Positions 24,737 through 37,600 of a stretch of DNA of 64,000 bases are shown here, piece by piece. This DNA is from Octopus sinensis. Its lineage: Eukaryota. Position 1 is the first letter of the stretch. Each line of letters begins with the position of its first letter. A model generated the notes under the pieces. That model searched no databases and was not told the DNA's origin. It saw only the letters and a list, made by a program, of their open reading frames with translations. The stretch lies in contig NC_043000.1 in NCBI RefSeq assembly GCF_006345805.1, forward strand, positions 83,886,001-83,950,000, written 5' to 3'. Position numbers and translations under genes: made by a program.

Positions 24737-25891
24737 CGATGGGGTACCGAAAAGTAACCGGAAACGTTTTCTGTGCAACAAGCCCGTTGTAGTTCAGGCT
24801 TCCGTCGCGAGAAGCCATTTGATGCGACCCTCAGCAGGCATCAGTCTTCCGACCGGCGGCTTTCAGTGAAGTCTTAGTGCCACGTGATGCATCTTTGTTT
24901 TGCAGTGTTTCTCCCCTGTTTGTCAATTTTTGCGATGGTTGAAACAAAAGGACACAGTGCTTCCGTTAAATTCTATTTTCTGCTGAGGAAAAGGGCAGCC
25001 GAAACTGTTGATTTGCCTCAAATAGCTTATAAGGACGCTGTCATGAGCAAAACACTAGTTTACGAGTGGTTTTCACGCTTTAGGAATGGTCACTTGTCGC
25101 TTGAGGACCAATTTCGTTCAGGGTGACCGTCGACCTCCCGAACGAATGAAAACATCACGAAAATTCATGAACGGATCTTAGAGGACCGTCGCCAAACAAT
25201 TGACGAACCTTTTGATATGATTGGTGTGTCCTGGAGCTTCTGCCAACGAATTTTGAGCGAGGAATTGTGAATGAAAAGAGTTGCAGCAAAATTTGTGCCT
25301 CGCTTGCTCATGAAAGAACAAAAGAGGTCACGACTGAAAGCGTGTAGTTGGAAATGAAGCAGCAATCAAATCAACGGAAGTATTCGGTGCCACCATGCAC
25401 CCCAAAAGTGCGTCAAGTGAAGTCCAATGTCAAGACGATGATGATTTGTATCATCGATGCGAAAGGAACTGTTCACACAGAATTTGTTCCTCCTGATCAA
25501 ACTGTTAACCAGACATTTTACTTGGCAGTTCTGAAGCATTTGCGAGCGCGGTGAGACGAAAACGCCCCAACCTGTGGCAAAGTGGAGAGTGGTAGTTTTA
25601 TCACGACAATGTGTCCGCTCCCTGCGACATTTCTTTGTTACCCTGAATGAAAAAAATCCTTAAAGGAAAGCGTTTTGCAGATGTGAAAGGGCTGAAGAAG
25701 AAAACGACAGAGGCGTTAAAAAGCATTACTTTGTAAGAATTCCAGGACTGCTTGGAACAGTGGAAAACAAATCTGGACCGATACATTGCTTCAAATGGAG
25801 AATACTCTAAAGGCAGTAAAAGTGTAAACATGTAAAACTAAGTGAATGAAATAATATTGCAAAATTCCGGTTTCTTTTGAGTACCCTCTCG
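24737..25891 (+). mobile_element. Decayed mariner element (~1.15 kb) with TIRs
   Basis: TIRs cgatggggtaccgaaaagtaaccggaa / reverse complement cgagagggtactcaaaagaaaccggaa, TA on the right. Transposase relic VYEWFSRFRNG..SLEDQFRSG*PST, AAKFVPRLL, KSNVKTMMI, TVNQTFYLAVLK, YHDN, GEY. Confidence 0.9.
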
Positions 25892-27232
25892 TATGTATAC
25901 ATACTTTAATGCATTGAGTATTCAACCTTAAACATACATACACATACATAAACACATGTGTGTGCGCGGACATGTGTGTAAGAGAAAGAGAGAATGTTTG
26001 TATACCTATGGAGCATATTTCTATCATTAGCCCCACCCCTTCTACATTTTTTCTAATCAGCTCGAATTTCTTTCATTTTCTTCTTATTCTTATTTTCTAT
26101 GCTATTTTCACATCATGTCTAGAAATGTTTGTCGTCAGTGCTTTCTCGATTATCTTGCATTGGGAGTTATTCAATCATCGAAAGATCGTCGTCTTCAAAA
26201 ATATCTTATATGTAAGCAGACATTCTCATATGAGGCGATGAAACAAATCAAGGCTACGTGACTATTTAACCAAAATCCACAGTGATAAAAAATAAAAAAT
26301 AAATAATATTTCAATACCCGCAAGGAAGAATGTGGTAAAAGAAACACAATTATGGTGATGTTTTGTATGTCACCAATCTTCTTTTAACAGTTTAAAAATG
26401 GTCAATAATATATCAGCACTTATTACTAAAAGTAACGAACAATATATTGCGGGCGAATCATTGGTAATAAATGTAGAGAGGTTTTTTTCAGCTGCTTGAA
26501 TAAAATTGCAAAGTGTTATGATCATAAGTATATCCAATATATTTGAGATCAAAATACGAATTGTCTGGTAGTTAATTGTCTATTGGCCAACATTATTTAA
26601 GTGTCATTACACTAAAAATCGATATACTGAGGAGAAAAAAAAACATAAGAAAAAAGAACTACTTTTAACGAAGTTTCCTCAGTTGTTATAAAAAAACTGA
26701 GCTTGCAATCTTTACAATACCGTTTCCAATGAAGTTTGGGCCACGCCCACTTTGTTAATATTGAGTAAAGTAAAACGAATTGTAAGGAAAGAAAGATTGA
26801 AATAAGTTTTCAATCTTCTACAAATAACAGACTTGATATTTACCATCTACTTCGTAAAAAAAAACATCTAGGTTAGCCACAAGTAAAATTAATATATAAC
26901 CATATCAACATTATAGTATTTACTATACAAATTATACATGATGGTTGCAACTGGCTGTGACAATAGGGTGACATTCTATTCACTGAAGAATCACGCACAC
27001 ATACGCATGTATGCATATGTATTCATATATGTACGTACGTATGTATGTTCGTAGATCTCCACTGAAAACAACAATTTATGAATCTCTTTAAAATCTCATA
27101 GTAACCACAAAAATTGGTATTTAATTCTGATTTCTGTAGCATTAGGCGAGTGCGAGTAAGAGACATCGCATACCTTGAAGAAGATGGTTGATATCACAGG
27201 GCAACAGTTTTGAATATAATTTTCAGTTTGTT

Positions 27233-28800
27233 TTTTCACTTGATGTAGACTAAAATTGGCAAGCTGATTTCAAATCTACAGCCAATTTTCTTCTGTCACA
27301 TAAAGTAATTTTTTTTTTTACAGCTTACTTCTCTGAATAAACACAGCTGTATTGTTCATGCGAAAGTAATAGGGCTGGTCAGGTGCTTTTATTATTTTAT
27401 TGATAACACTGGAGAACATTTTCGAAAAAGAATTACTGCTGGTTTGCTATTTACAATTAGTCCTACCTAATTTGGTGGTGCTGGGTTCAGAAATGCCCTC
27501 AGGAATTTTCAATTTGTTAAACACGAATTATGTTTCTACCAAAAAAATGTCAATTTTGCCATTAAATGCAATACGAAAGTAAAACAAACTATTAAAGGCA
27601 ATAAGAAAGTAATACAAACCGAATTGTACTTTTTATTGTTTAACAAATATATTACACAAAATATTCGATAACATATCTTAGGATAGACATTTTTATCAAA
27701 ATGGAGCTTCTGCTACTCAAGGAGGGAACCTTCTCTTTGTTGCTTTGCATGAATAACTTGCATCATAATAGTCTCTTTGCAAAAGCCATCAGTAGTCAGC
27801 CATGCTGTTTGTATTCCATCTGCCTTGAGACCTAGTCTCCATGGTGTCGATATCTTGGTGGAATCTTTCTCTTTGCTCATCACTTATTGCACTATGATTT
27901 TCAGAAAAGTAGTTCAAATGACTGTGTAGGAAATGCACTTTTACACTTATGTTGCAGCTCAGTGCTCGAAAACTGATTAACAAAGTCTGTAGAAGTTCTT
28001 CATAATTTGATGACTTTCTGTTAAAGTATTTAAAACAGTCACTGTTTCAGTGTTTCAAATAATGTACACACTATATGGGGTGCCCAGGATTTGTTTTGTT
28101 TACTCAGTTTCATACCAAAGAAGTAAGGTAAGTTTTCTTGGCAAAATCTGTGATTTTGTTTCGCTGCCTAAGTAAAGTGTAACATCCACAAATACGGCAG
28201 AAGTCAATGGGGCTGTTTTTTGTATTTTCTCCTCTCACAACTGGCCACATTTCTGAAATAGCAGACATATTCAATCTAGTTGTTATCTGAGAAAAGCATT
28301 TTCAGAATTATCAACAGTTATAAAGTAAGCAAATGCAGATTTGGTCTAGCAAAAAGCATACATGGCATGACGTTCTTTCAACAGTTCTTTGACAATGCTT
28401 AACAAAAAGTGACCTTGACCCATGTAACCTCACAATTAAAATATTAAGGGCGCATTCAAAATAGAAATTTTCATAAAAATAGTCAAAGGTTTGACAAAAC
28501 ATGTCTCGCCTGGTGTTCTATGGTAGTCACAAATCAAGCATAGAGTGAGCATATTTTCAGGCAAATTCCACAAATATGAGACATGTATGATATCTAGGAC
28601 TACAGAAATCTGTAGTTTATTAACATCTACTTGTATAAAGAACTTTTCTGTCATCATCATGACATTTAAAATTGGTTTCATTGAAAATAGTGAAAGTTGC
28701 TCAAGTCTGATGCTTTTTATTAACTGAATCATAGCCTGTTTTCACTTGTGTGGTTGCTTTCACTTTAAATGACATTGAAAAACTATGTTGTCAAAGTTTT
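27233..28800 (-). pseudogene. Decayed DNA transposon, Chapaev3-like (CMC) transposase relic
   Basis: SVKVHFLHSHLNYFSENHSAISDEQRERFHQDIDTMETRSQGRWNTNSMADY (27789-27983), KSWAPHIVC (~28070-28100), HICG. Family name from recalled motif similarity; ends approximate. Confidence 0.6.
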
Positions 28801-29156
28801 GTCAAGCTCCATACATGGATCTGCATTTGATTTTGGCCAAATCTTTCATTAGAAATGATGACAATACTGGAAATGTTGAAAAATGGACATTGACTTTAAG
28901 TGCTGAGTAATATAGAAATAATGAGTAATATAGAAATAAGTTAGAGAGCTATACAACTTAGAGAGAGGTAGAATCTATAAAGATGGCTTAGGGAAAATTG
29001 AGGACCCCATACTAATTCCTTGTATATATGTATGTATGTATATTCGGTTAAGTAATTGAGATTCAAGTGAATTCTAATGAATTCACATGAATATGGTCCT
29101 TAACTAGGATGCACCGGAAATCTATATGGTGTTAACCATACGACAAGTGGGGTGAT

Positions 29157-29386
29157 TACAAATAGGAAAAAAGCAACAAGAATGGATTAAAATCTCGGTA
29201 CAATCGTTTCGTACGAGGACATCTTTAATAAGCTACAAAAAATGCAGTGAATACAGATGGCTCGTACTCGTACTCGTACGAGCCATCTGTATTCACTGCA
29301 TTTTTTGTAGCTTATTAAAGATATCCTCGTACGAAACGATTGTACCGAGATTTTAATCCATTCTTGTTGCTTTTTTCCTATTTGTA
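29157..29386. repeat. 230-bp near-perfect palindrome
   Basis: Arms 29157-29267 and 29276-29386 (111 bp, 1 mismatch at 29220), 8-nt spacer tcgtactc. Confidence 0.95.
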
Positions 29387-29407
29387 TGTATATATATATA
29401 TATATAT

Positions 29408-29442
<35 letters not shown>

Positions 29443-29451
<9 letters not shown>

Positions 29452-29845
29452 CGTTCAAAGGACTGGACGTTTTTTCTCTCTTTTCAAAGAAAATATTTCT
29501 CCCAGCGTTCACTATTTTCCTCTCGTTCGGGTCTAACGACTCTCTGCTTGTTTTTGTTCGGTTTCCTTGTATGTCTCCACTGTCCTGTCTTTGTTTCCGA
29601 CATTGACCCTCCATAAATCCTAAATTTTATTTTAGAATTTATGGGAGAAACTGTCTTTGAAGACTCATATTGTCGTTGAATGTTTGAAATAAGGAGTAGA
29701 TAGGCAACCGGCAACTGAAGAAAGGTTGTTTCTCTGTGTTTACTTGTCCTGTTTTCCATTTTCACTCGTTGTTTACGTATTTAACTCGTTTGTCTACGTA
29801 TTTCATGTTGTTTACACAGTTGGTGACGTCCTGTACCCATATATG
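29443..29845. mobile_element. Probable Penelope-type terminal-repeat fragment
   Basis: Pyrimidine-rich tttttctctc...gtcctgtctttgtttcc and caactgaagaaaggttgtttctctgtg...gtcctgtacccatatatg blocks between microsatellites. Recognition only. Confidence 0.35.
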
Positions 29846-29893
29846 AATATAAATATATATATGCACATATATATATATGCATATATATATATA

Positions 29894-29953
<60 letters not shown>

Positions 29954-30329
29954 TATATAGATATATATACATACATATATATATATACATATATATATAT
30001 ATATCATTCATTTTATATATATATATGTATATATAAATATATGTATATATATATATATATATTATTCATTATATATGTATATATGTATATATATGTATAC
30101 ATTGTTCATTATATGTATGTATGTATGTATATTGGACGATCTGGTGGTCCTGTCGTAGCTAGAAGATGACAGAGGCTCGCACCCCTATTTGCAATATATA
30201 TCGGGCGCAGATTGCATCGATAACCAGCTGGAGGAGGCGTCCTTATACAACTTTCAGGAATTTTAGTCGAAGGAATTGACTTCAGCACTTTTTTTTTTAG
30301 TTTTGGTACGTATTGTATCTGTCGAACCG

Positions 30330-30379
30330 TTAAGTTCTTGGGGCGTAAACATTCCAAGTGTGCCAAGGTGGGGAACAAA

Positions 30380-30447
<68 letters not shown>

Positions 30448-30453
30448 CGCACA

Positions 30454-30486
<33 letters not shown>

Positions 30487-30650
30487 TGACGGGTTTCATT
30501 CAGTCTTTGTCTACCAAATCCATTCAGAATACTCTGGTCAGCTAGAGGCTATTGTGGAAGACACATACTCAAGGTTGCACACAGTGGGACTGAATCTGGG
30601 ACCATATGGTTAGAAAGCGTACTTCTTACCACGTAGCCACGCCTGCACCT
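30330..30650 (-). mobile_element. Bipartite SINE with internal (CA)n tract
   Basis: Same family as 8975-9345, in reverse orientation. Confidence 0.75.
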
Positions 30651-30743
30651 TGTGACGGTGCAGCCATTACTCATATGTAGTCATACATTTGTGATGGTAC
30701 GGCACTTACACATACACATAACAGACCTCATCAAGATGAATAC

Positions 30744-30791
<48 letters not shown>

Positions 30792-30801
30792 GTTATTATA
30801 A

Positions 30802-31284
30802 TTGAGTGAGAGAGCAGTGCATGTCATCAAAGTGACACTGGGGTAAAATACACGAAGCCCAGTAAACCAGTCACGACTACCCGTCTGATAAGGGTACACC
30901 AGGCACATGCATCACAACCATATGTGCACGACATAGTGATCTCATATAAAGATATACAGCGCATGACCTTGCAGGTGGGGCCCAGTTAGAGATTTCTTCT
31001 AGTCGAGTAGCCCATCCCGCTCAAAAGGTCCCTGAATAAGGATTGTTTCAGGATGTTGAACGAACCACTACTTCTTCTTGTGATCAGAGATGCACATATC
31101 GTCAGCCACTAAGGGACATGCTCAACTGGTTAAGGTCAAACAACTGACAAGCAAGTCTGTGGTATTGAGCAGAATATTTGCTGTGGCCCATCTTTTATAC
31201 CAAGACAAAATAATGTACATGGTAACACTTCCAATCAGTTAAGATCAGGAGCCATGAGAGCCACTGTCTGGTACTGCATCAGGG
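30802..31284 (-). mobile_element. Non-coding ~0.5-kb repeat with (AAT)n tail, inserted in a TAA-type microsatellite
   Basis: Starts ccctgatgcagtaccag and ends ctgctctctcactcaat + (AAT)n; homolog at 61494-61950. Confidence 0.75.
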
Positions 31285-31359
31285 CATTTATCATTATTAT
31301 CATTATTAATAATAATGATGATGATGATAATAATAATGATAATAATAATAATAATAATA

Positions 31360-31406
<47 letters not shown>

Positions 31407-31408
<2 letters not shown>

Positions 31409-34297
31409 CTACAAAAACCCAAAAATTACTGAAAAAATACAATATGAAAACTATACTTGATATTGATGCCACCATAGAAACCATCAAACAAAAGGTATCT
31501 GCCAAAGCTGCCCGCATAGCGAGGTATGAAAAGCGTGTTAGATTTTTCAAGGACAACAACATGTTCAAAAATAACACCAAGAATTTTTACAGGAAGATAG
31601 GTAAAGCAGCGTTTACTGCAAGGTCTGTACCATCAAAAGAAGAAGTGCAGGGATTTTGGAATAAAATCTGGGCAGAAGAAAAAACACACAACGAAAAGGC
31701 CCCCTGGATTGACAGAATATCTACAGAACTGGACCCCTTAGAAGAGCAAAAGTGGGAGGGTGTCAAGGTAGAAGATATAAGATCTGCTCTCAGGAGGTCA
31801 AGCAAATGGAAGTCTCCAGGAAAGGATAAAATTCCTAACTTCTGGCTGAATGCCTTCCCAGAGAGCCATGAACTGCTAACAGAACTGTACAATGATGTTT
31901 TGCAACACCCTAGTAGGATGCCTCATTGGCTAGTTAATGGGTTAACATTCCTGCTTCCAAAAAGTGAAGAAACAAATGAACCAAAAAACTATAGACCCAT
32001 AACCTGCTTAACAACTATGTACAAAACACTAACATCTGTCCTGACGGAATATACCTATAGTTTTTTAACAGACAGCAGCATATTCCCTAATGAACAGAAA
32101 GGATGTAAACGTAGATCCTACGGCTGTAAAGACCAACTACTCATCAATAAGATGATCTTAGAAGATTGTCACAAACGACACAAAAACTTATCAATAGCCT
32201 GGATAGACTATCAAAAGGCTTTTGATAGCCTACCACATAGCTGGATTAGGAAATGCCTCGAAATGTATAAGATAGCACCTACTCTGCGAAACTTCTTGAC
32301 TGTAAGTATGAGATCATGGAGAACCACACTAACTCTGAACAGTGACAATGAATCCCGAAATGCTGGTGATGTAAAAATTTCGTGTGGAATTTTCCAGGGT
32401 GACTCATTGTCACCACTCCTCTTTTGTTTATCCTTAATACCTCTCTCAAAGCTGCTCAATGACGCGCAGTACGGGTATAAAATGTTTGATAAAAATATAA
32501 ATCATCTCGTTTACATGGATGATTTAAAGCTTTTTGCAAAAAATGATCAACAACTCAAGGGCTTACTAGCGATAGTCAAACAATTCAGTGACGACATCAG
32601 AATGCAATTCGGCCTCGATAAATGTGCAAAGGCTACCTTTATCAAAGGAAAAATGACAGAAACACCTAACGTTAACCTTGACCAACAGAATGTCATAAAA
32701 GAACTAGATCCAGCGGAGAGCTACAAGTACCTAGGGGTAATTGAAGGGAACGGAATAAGGCATTCAGAGATGAAGGAAAGGATAAGGAGAGAATGCTATC
32801 GAAGAGTGAGAGCAATACTCAAGACAGAGCTGAATGCAAGAAACAGGATCGAAGCGATCAATGCATTAGCCATACCAGTCGTGACTTACAGTTTCAATAT
32901 TGTTAACTGGTCAATTACTGAAATATGTCAGCTCGACAGAAAAATAAGGAAACTGTTGACAATGCATAGAATGCACCACCCTAAGGCAGATACAGAACGA
33001 CTCTATCTGCCAAGAAAAGAGGGAGGCCGTGGTCTTTTGCAACTGGCAATAACAATGAAGATTGCTACAATTGGCCTAGACACCTACCTGAAAAACTCTG
33101 AGGACTGGATGTTAAAACTTGTCTCAAAACATGAAAACAAGAAAGCATCATACTCAGTCACAAAACAGGCAAAGGAATATCTAAGTGAATTCCGAATACA
33201 ACCAATTTCGGAATTAGAGATAGATATACAAGAAACAAGCACAGAAAAAGCTAGGCGCATGAAAACCCGTGCCAAAACTGCGGCCTTAGATATTCTGAAT
33301 AATAAATGGCAAGAAAAACCTCTCTATGGCAAATACCCAAAGAGAGCGAATAATGCAGATATCGACAAAGCCCTGACCCATCAATGGCTAATGGCCTCTG
33401 GCTTAAAATCTGAAACAGAGGGGTTTATCATAGCAGCTCAAGATCAATGCCTACCAACAAGAAACTACCGGGCCAACATATTAAAGAACGGCAGCAGCCC
33501 AACATGTCGTGTATGCCGACAACAAAATGAAACCATTGACCATGTTGTCTCCAAATGCAGTCTTCTAGCGCCTACAGAGTACCTCAGTAGGCATGATAGA
33601 GCTGCACAATATATTCACTGGGTAATTTGCAAAAACCAGGATTTGCCCCATGAAAAAAACTGGTGGGAACACAATCCACCTCCTGTGCTTGAAAATGACC
33701 ACATCTCACTCCTCTGGAACTTCACCATTCAAACTGACAGGAAGATAGATGCAAATAGGCCAGACATTATATTGAAAGACTTCAGACAAAGAACATGCCT
33801 CCTCATTGATACGACTGTCCCAATCGATATAAACGTATCTGTCAAGACCTACCAAAAACTGAGCAAATATAAAGATCTTGAAATAGAAATCAGCAAAATG
33901 TGGAAGCTGAAGACTAAAACAATACCTGTTGTCATAGGTGCCCTGGGAATGATAGCGAAAGGGACTGATTGCTACCTAACTCAGATACCAGGAAACCCCA
34001 ACATGGCAGAAATTCAAAAGATAGTGCTCATGGGAACTGCTCATATCCTACGCAAAATACTCTCTATGTAATCCCAAGGTTTAAAACAAACTTTTATTTA
34101 TTTATTTATTTATTTATTTATTATTTTTTTTATGTATTAGACATTCACTAGTACAACACAAAAAAAAACCCCACAAATATATGGCACAGAACTTCCAACC
34201 TGTTGTCTCTTGAGGTCTCTGGGTGAGACTTGGAGCCAACTTGTACAGACATAAAGCAAAAGTCAAACATAGAATAATAATAATAATAATAATAATA

Positions 34298-34338
<41 letters not shown>

Positions 34339-34345
34339 AATAATA
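31407..34345 (+). mobile_element. R4/Dong-clade RLE non-LTR retrotransposon, 5'-truncated, in an (AAT)n tract
   Basis: Frame is open upstream of the annotated Met and begins directly after (AAT)n; ~200-nt 3' UTR and (AAT/GAT)n tail from 34273. Confidence 0.88.
31444..34071 (+). CDS. RT + CCHC zinc knuckle + restriction-like endonuclease (R4/Dong), uninterrupted 875 aa, N-terminally truncated
   Basis: SPGKDKIPNFWL, NYRPITCL, EQKGC, WIDYQKAFDSLPH, GIFQGDSLSPLLF, YMDDLKLF, YKYLG, CRVCRQQNETIDHVVSKC, RPDIIL..IDTTVP..KLSKYKDL. Confidence 0.92.
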   Translation: MKTILDIDATIETIKQKVSAKAARIARYEKRVRFFKDNNMFKNNTKNFYRKIGKAAFTARSVPSKEEVQGFWNKIWAEEKTHNEKAPWIDRISTELDPLEEQKWEGVKVEDIRSALRRSSKWKSPGKDKIPNFWLNAFPESHELLTELYNDVLQHPSRMPHWLVNGLTFLLPKSEETNEPKNYRPITCLTTMYKTLTSVLTEYTYSFLTDSSIFPNEQKGCKRRSYGCKDQLLINKMILEDCHKRHKNLSIAWIDYQKAFDSLPHSWIRKCLEMYKIAPTLRNFLTVSMRSWRTTLTLNSDNESRNAGDVKISCGIFQGDSLSPLLFCLSLIPLSKLLNDAQYGYKMFDKNINHLVYMDDLKLFAKNDQQLKGLLAIVKQFSDDIRMQFGLDKCAKATFIKGKMTETPNVNLDQQNVIKELDPAESYKYLGVIEGNGIRHSEMKERIRRECYRRVRAILKTELNARNRIEAINALAIPVVTYSFNIVNWSITEICQLDRKIRKLLTMHRMHHPKADTERLYLPRKEGGRGLLQLAITMKIATIGLDTYLKNSEDWMLKLVSKHENKKASYSVTKQAKEYLSEFRIQPISELEIDIQETSTEKARRMKTRAKTAALDILNNKWQEKPLYGKYPKRANNADIDKALTHQWLMASGLKSETEGFIIAAQDQCLPTRNYRANILKNGSSPTCRVCRQQNETIDHVVSKCSLLAPTEYLSRHDRAAQYIHWVICKNQDLPHEKNWWEHNPPPVLENDHISLLWNFTIQTDRKIDANRPDIILKDFRQRTCLLIDTTVPIDINVSVKTYQKLSKYKDLEIEISKMWKLKTKTIPVVIGALGMIAKGTDCYLTQIPGNPNMAEIQKIVLMGTAHILRKILSM

Positions 34346-34562
34346 ATGATAATATTTTGTATCCAATAGTTTTCTTCTATTTAGTTTGTTGTTTTTACAC
34401 GGAACTTACTATTGTATCTCAAACTATATTCACTGAATGTATTTGCTTCTTCTTCTTACACAAGCCTCACCTTGATGTCTTCCCAGACCCCTTTCGAAAT
34501 ACGTACTTGGATTCAAATATTTCTTCCTCTCCTTTACATCTCTCTGGATCTCATTCCTTGCT

Positions 34563-34655
34563 CAAAAAGATATTATCAATCAATCAATAAACTAATCAAC
34601 CAATCAACCAACTAATCAATCATTCAACTAATAAATCAGTCAGTCAGTCAGTCAG

Positions 34656-34688
<33 letters not shown>

Positions 34689-34690
34689 TA
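34563..34690. repeat. (TCAA)n/(TCAG)n tetranucleotide tract
   Basis: Direct inspection. Confidence 0.9.
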
Positions 34691-37600
34691 CTAAAACTTT
34701 GCAATCGTCAGGCGAACATTCTGATCTTTTAGTTTAATATGTTCTGAGAAGATACGGTACAGCCACTCCAAATCCTGCCACAGATTAGCTCATAAAATAT
34801 CATTTTAATCTTATACCAGCTAAATTCGCAAGATGCAGAAAAATATGTATGAACCTTTTACTGTTTATTTACGAGTAGAAATATAGTTGATTTTAAAAAA
34901 ATTAAATTTTCTAACCTTTGTCTATAATTCTGTACTACTGACCTCTTATTTATAAATGCTTGCATGCAATAATGTTGTTTAAGAATCTTTAGAGCCTGTC
35001 TAAATTTAGTATTTTTATATCACCACAAAAATAACGGTGGTTTAGAGGTACAATTGGTTAAAACATAGGTCATTTCTGGCGTAGCCACACTGCCTCAAAT
35101 TCATTCGACGCATTTGATGCTCAGAGAATGTTAAAGAAATGAAATGATTTTAGTTGGGATCAAAACGGGACCTTGGCTTCAACTTGGAGAGAGCTTATTT
35201 TTTGTTATGCTTTATACTGAATTGAACTCAAATAAATGGATATCTGAGCATAGTAAATTCAATTTCAGACGGTCTGTTACTCATCAACTTGCTTCATAAA
35301 CAAGAGCTAGCATCAAATACTATACTATTAAATCAAGATGGCAAACTGAGTCTGTGCTTGTTTTCTGATCCGTTTTTCGCATGCACAGAACTTGAAACAC
35401 ATAACACTCATCACTTATTCAATGCTCCTGCTAATTACAACCATAAAGTGTAGGTACCCCGAGGTTTAATACAGCTGGTTAAGCTGATAATTAGTTGTGT
35501 ATACAATGGCGTCACATTGACCTGGTCTCGAACCGATAATAGTTTGAACAGTTGTTCAGTACTTTACTAACTCAACCACCAGTGACTCTATTCTAGCATC
35601 GCTCAGTTATTTGTTAGGTAGCAGAGCGACATGGTAAAAAAAACTTGTGTAGTTTTAGATCCTGGTAACTACAGATATTGGTAAGCAATAAAGGGAGAAC
35701 AGTATCCTACAGAATAATATCTATCTGTAGTAGTTAACCCTGACAAAAAGACATTACGTAAGCTTTTCTCACTGTTTGATGACCTATGTGTGTGAATGGG
35801 TCATCAAATATATTATTTATTACAGCGAATAATAAGGCGAATTGTTCCTTTTCTGGATCTTAAACCTGTTTCACTTAAAACCATCGAAACTTTAATCTTC
35901 TCTTTTTTCCCGAATTAACCGAGAAACTGAATAAAACTAGCGACAAGAATATCTTTACGAATGAGTGGAAATAGTTAAGAATTTCTATTTTAACTTGGGA
36001 ATGTGTAAAAGTTTTTTGGCAGTTGAAAACAAAACAATCAAGAACAGAAATATTTGCCAGAAGTGTAACGTGAAATCACCAACAGAGCATTCTTAAAAGT
36101 AGAAGGAAATGTTTTTTTTCCTTTTCTTATTTTCATTGTTAGTAAAAAATGTTTTTTTTCGTTTTAATGATATCTAACAAGAACATACATATCTTACTTC
36201 GCCATAAAACTATTTGGTTTTGAATAAATCAACAATTTTCTAGATTTAGAATTTAGAATACAGATGTAAGAATTTGTGGTTGAGAAGTTTGCTTTGCAAT
36301 AATATAATTCCGGCTTCGATCAGATTGCATGGTACTTTGTTCTATTGCTGTAGTGTCGAATCCACCATTATGCTGTAAGTGAATTTGGTAGATAAAAACC
36401 ATGTACAAGAGACAGGAAGAAAGTGGAAGAAAAAAAGGAGCCAGAAACAAAGAGAAAAAGAAAGCCATAGTAGTTTGAAACAAAATAAACACGTGAGAAA
36501 ATAGTAGATATAAAGGATGGATGAGTTTGAAAGATAAAAACGCATGTCAAATGTTACAAATGAAGAAAAGTGAAATGAAAAATAAGCCATCCTCAGTTGT
36601 CTCACTAAAGATTATAGCAGTTTCTATGTCTTACACAGAATGGTATACTCTGGGAGATATCAATAACCATATAATACAGTTGTTAGGCAACATATACAAT
36701 GGAAACAAAATACAAAGCAGAAGAACATACCTTAACGATATAACTTTTTCTTCGTCCAAGCTGTTAAGGCTCAGCTTTGTGTTTTTTCCGTTTTTGTGTC
36801 TCATCTCCAAAAAGTTGCTACTGATTATGATTTTCATTACTGATGTTAATTAATTTAAGAGGAGAGTTACATTTTATGGATGCAAGTTCAAATATTGATC
36901 ATACCAAATATAGTCTCTTTTATGCCAAAGTTTTCTCTAAATGATCACCACTTATACAACATAAAATGAAGACTTGACACATACACACCTTTTGATATGA
37001 TTATAAACTCACTTCACTCAGATTGATACGATCATACCTCTTGAGCTCCTAGCCCCTTGCAAGGAGGAAGAGATCTCATAACTGTTAAAATCCAAAGCGG
37101 TTCTGGATTTCTGAGTACACTTGGCATAGTTGACACCAATGCCCCGAATGTTTTCCAAGACCATTTGTCAAGGAGACAAAAACAAGTGATGAAAACTATC
37201 CTAGTTCCAGAAGAAGAGCAGCAGTGAATAGCACAAAACTGACACGGGATAGTTCCATCTAACCCAAATCTGACCAAAGCATTTAATGGATGCATCAATT
37301 TTGAATCAACAAAATTCATCAAATATATCTAGATATGTCAGCAAGAGATAAGGTGCTGCAATGTTTGCTTCATCGAAGTAAAGCAGCTATGATGAAGTTA
37401 CTCAATTCCAGCAGGGACAACGAATAAAGAACAACGAAGCTTTCGAGAACTCTTTCGTCTTTTCCATTCAGGAAAAACTCCAACATTCAACAACTTACTG
37501 TCTACATGGAAAATGGTCATTGGGTTTACTCTATTCAAGATACCGCTGGACAGCAAGCACGAAACCTAAGGGTTACAAAGGCTTATTGTATTTGACAAGA

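Noticed and set aside
30960-31130. CTGACGA on the minus strand of the TAA-associated repeat as a hammerhead core
   Set aside because: No stem II followed by GAAA and no stem I/III pairing.
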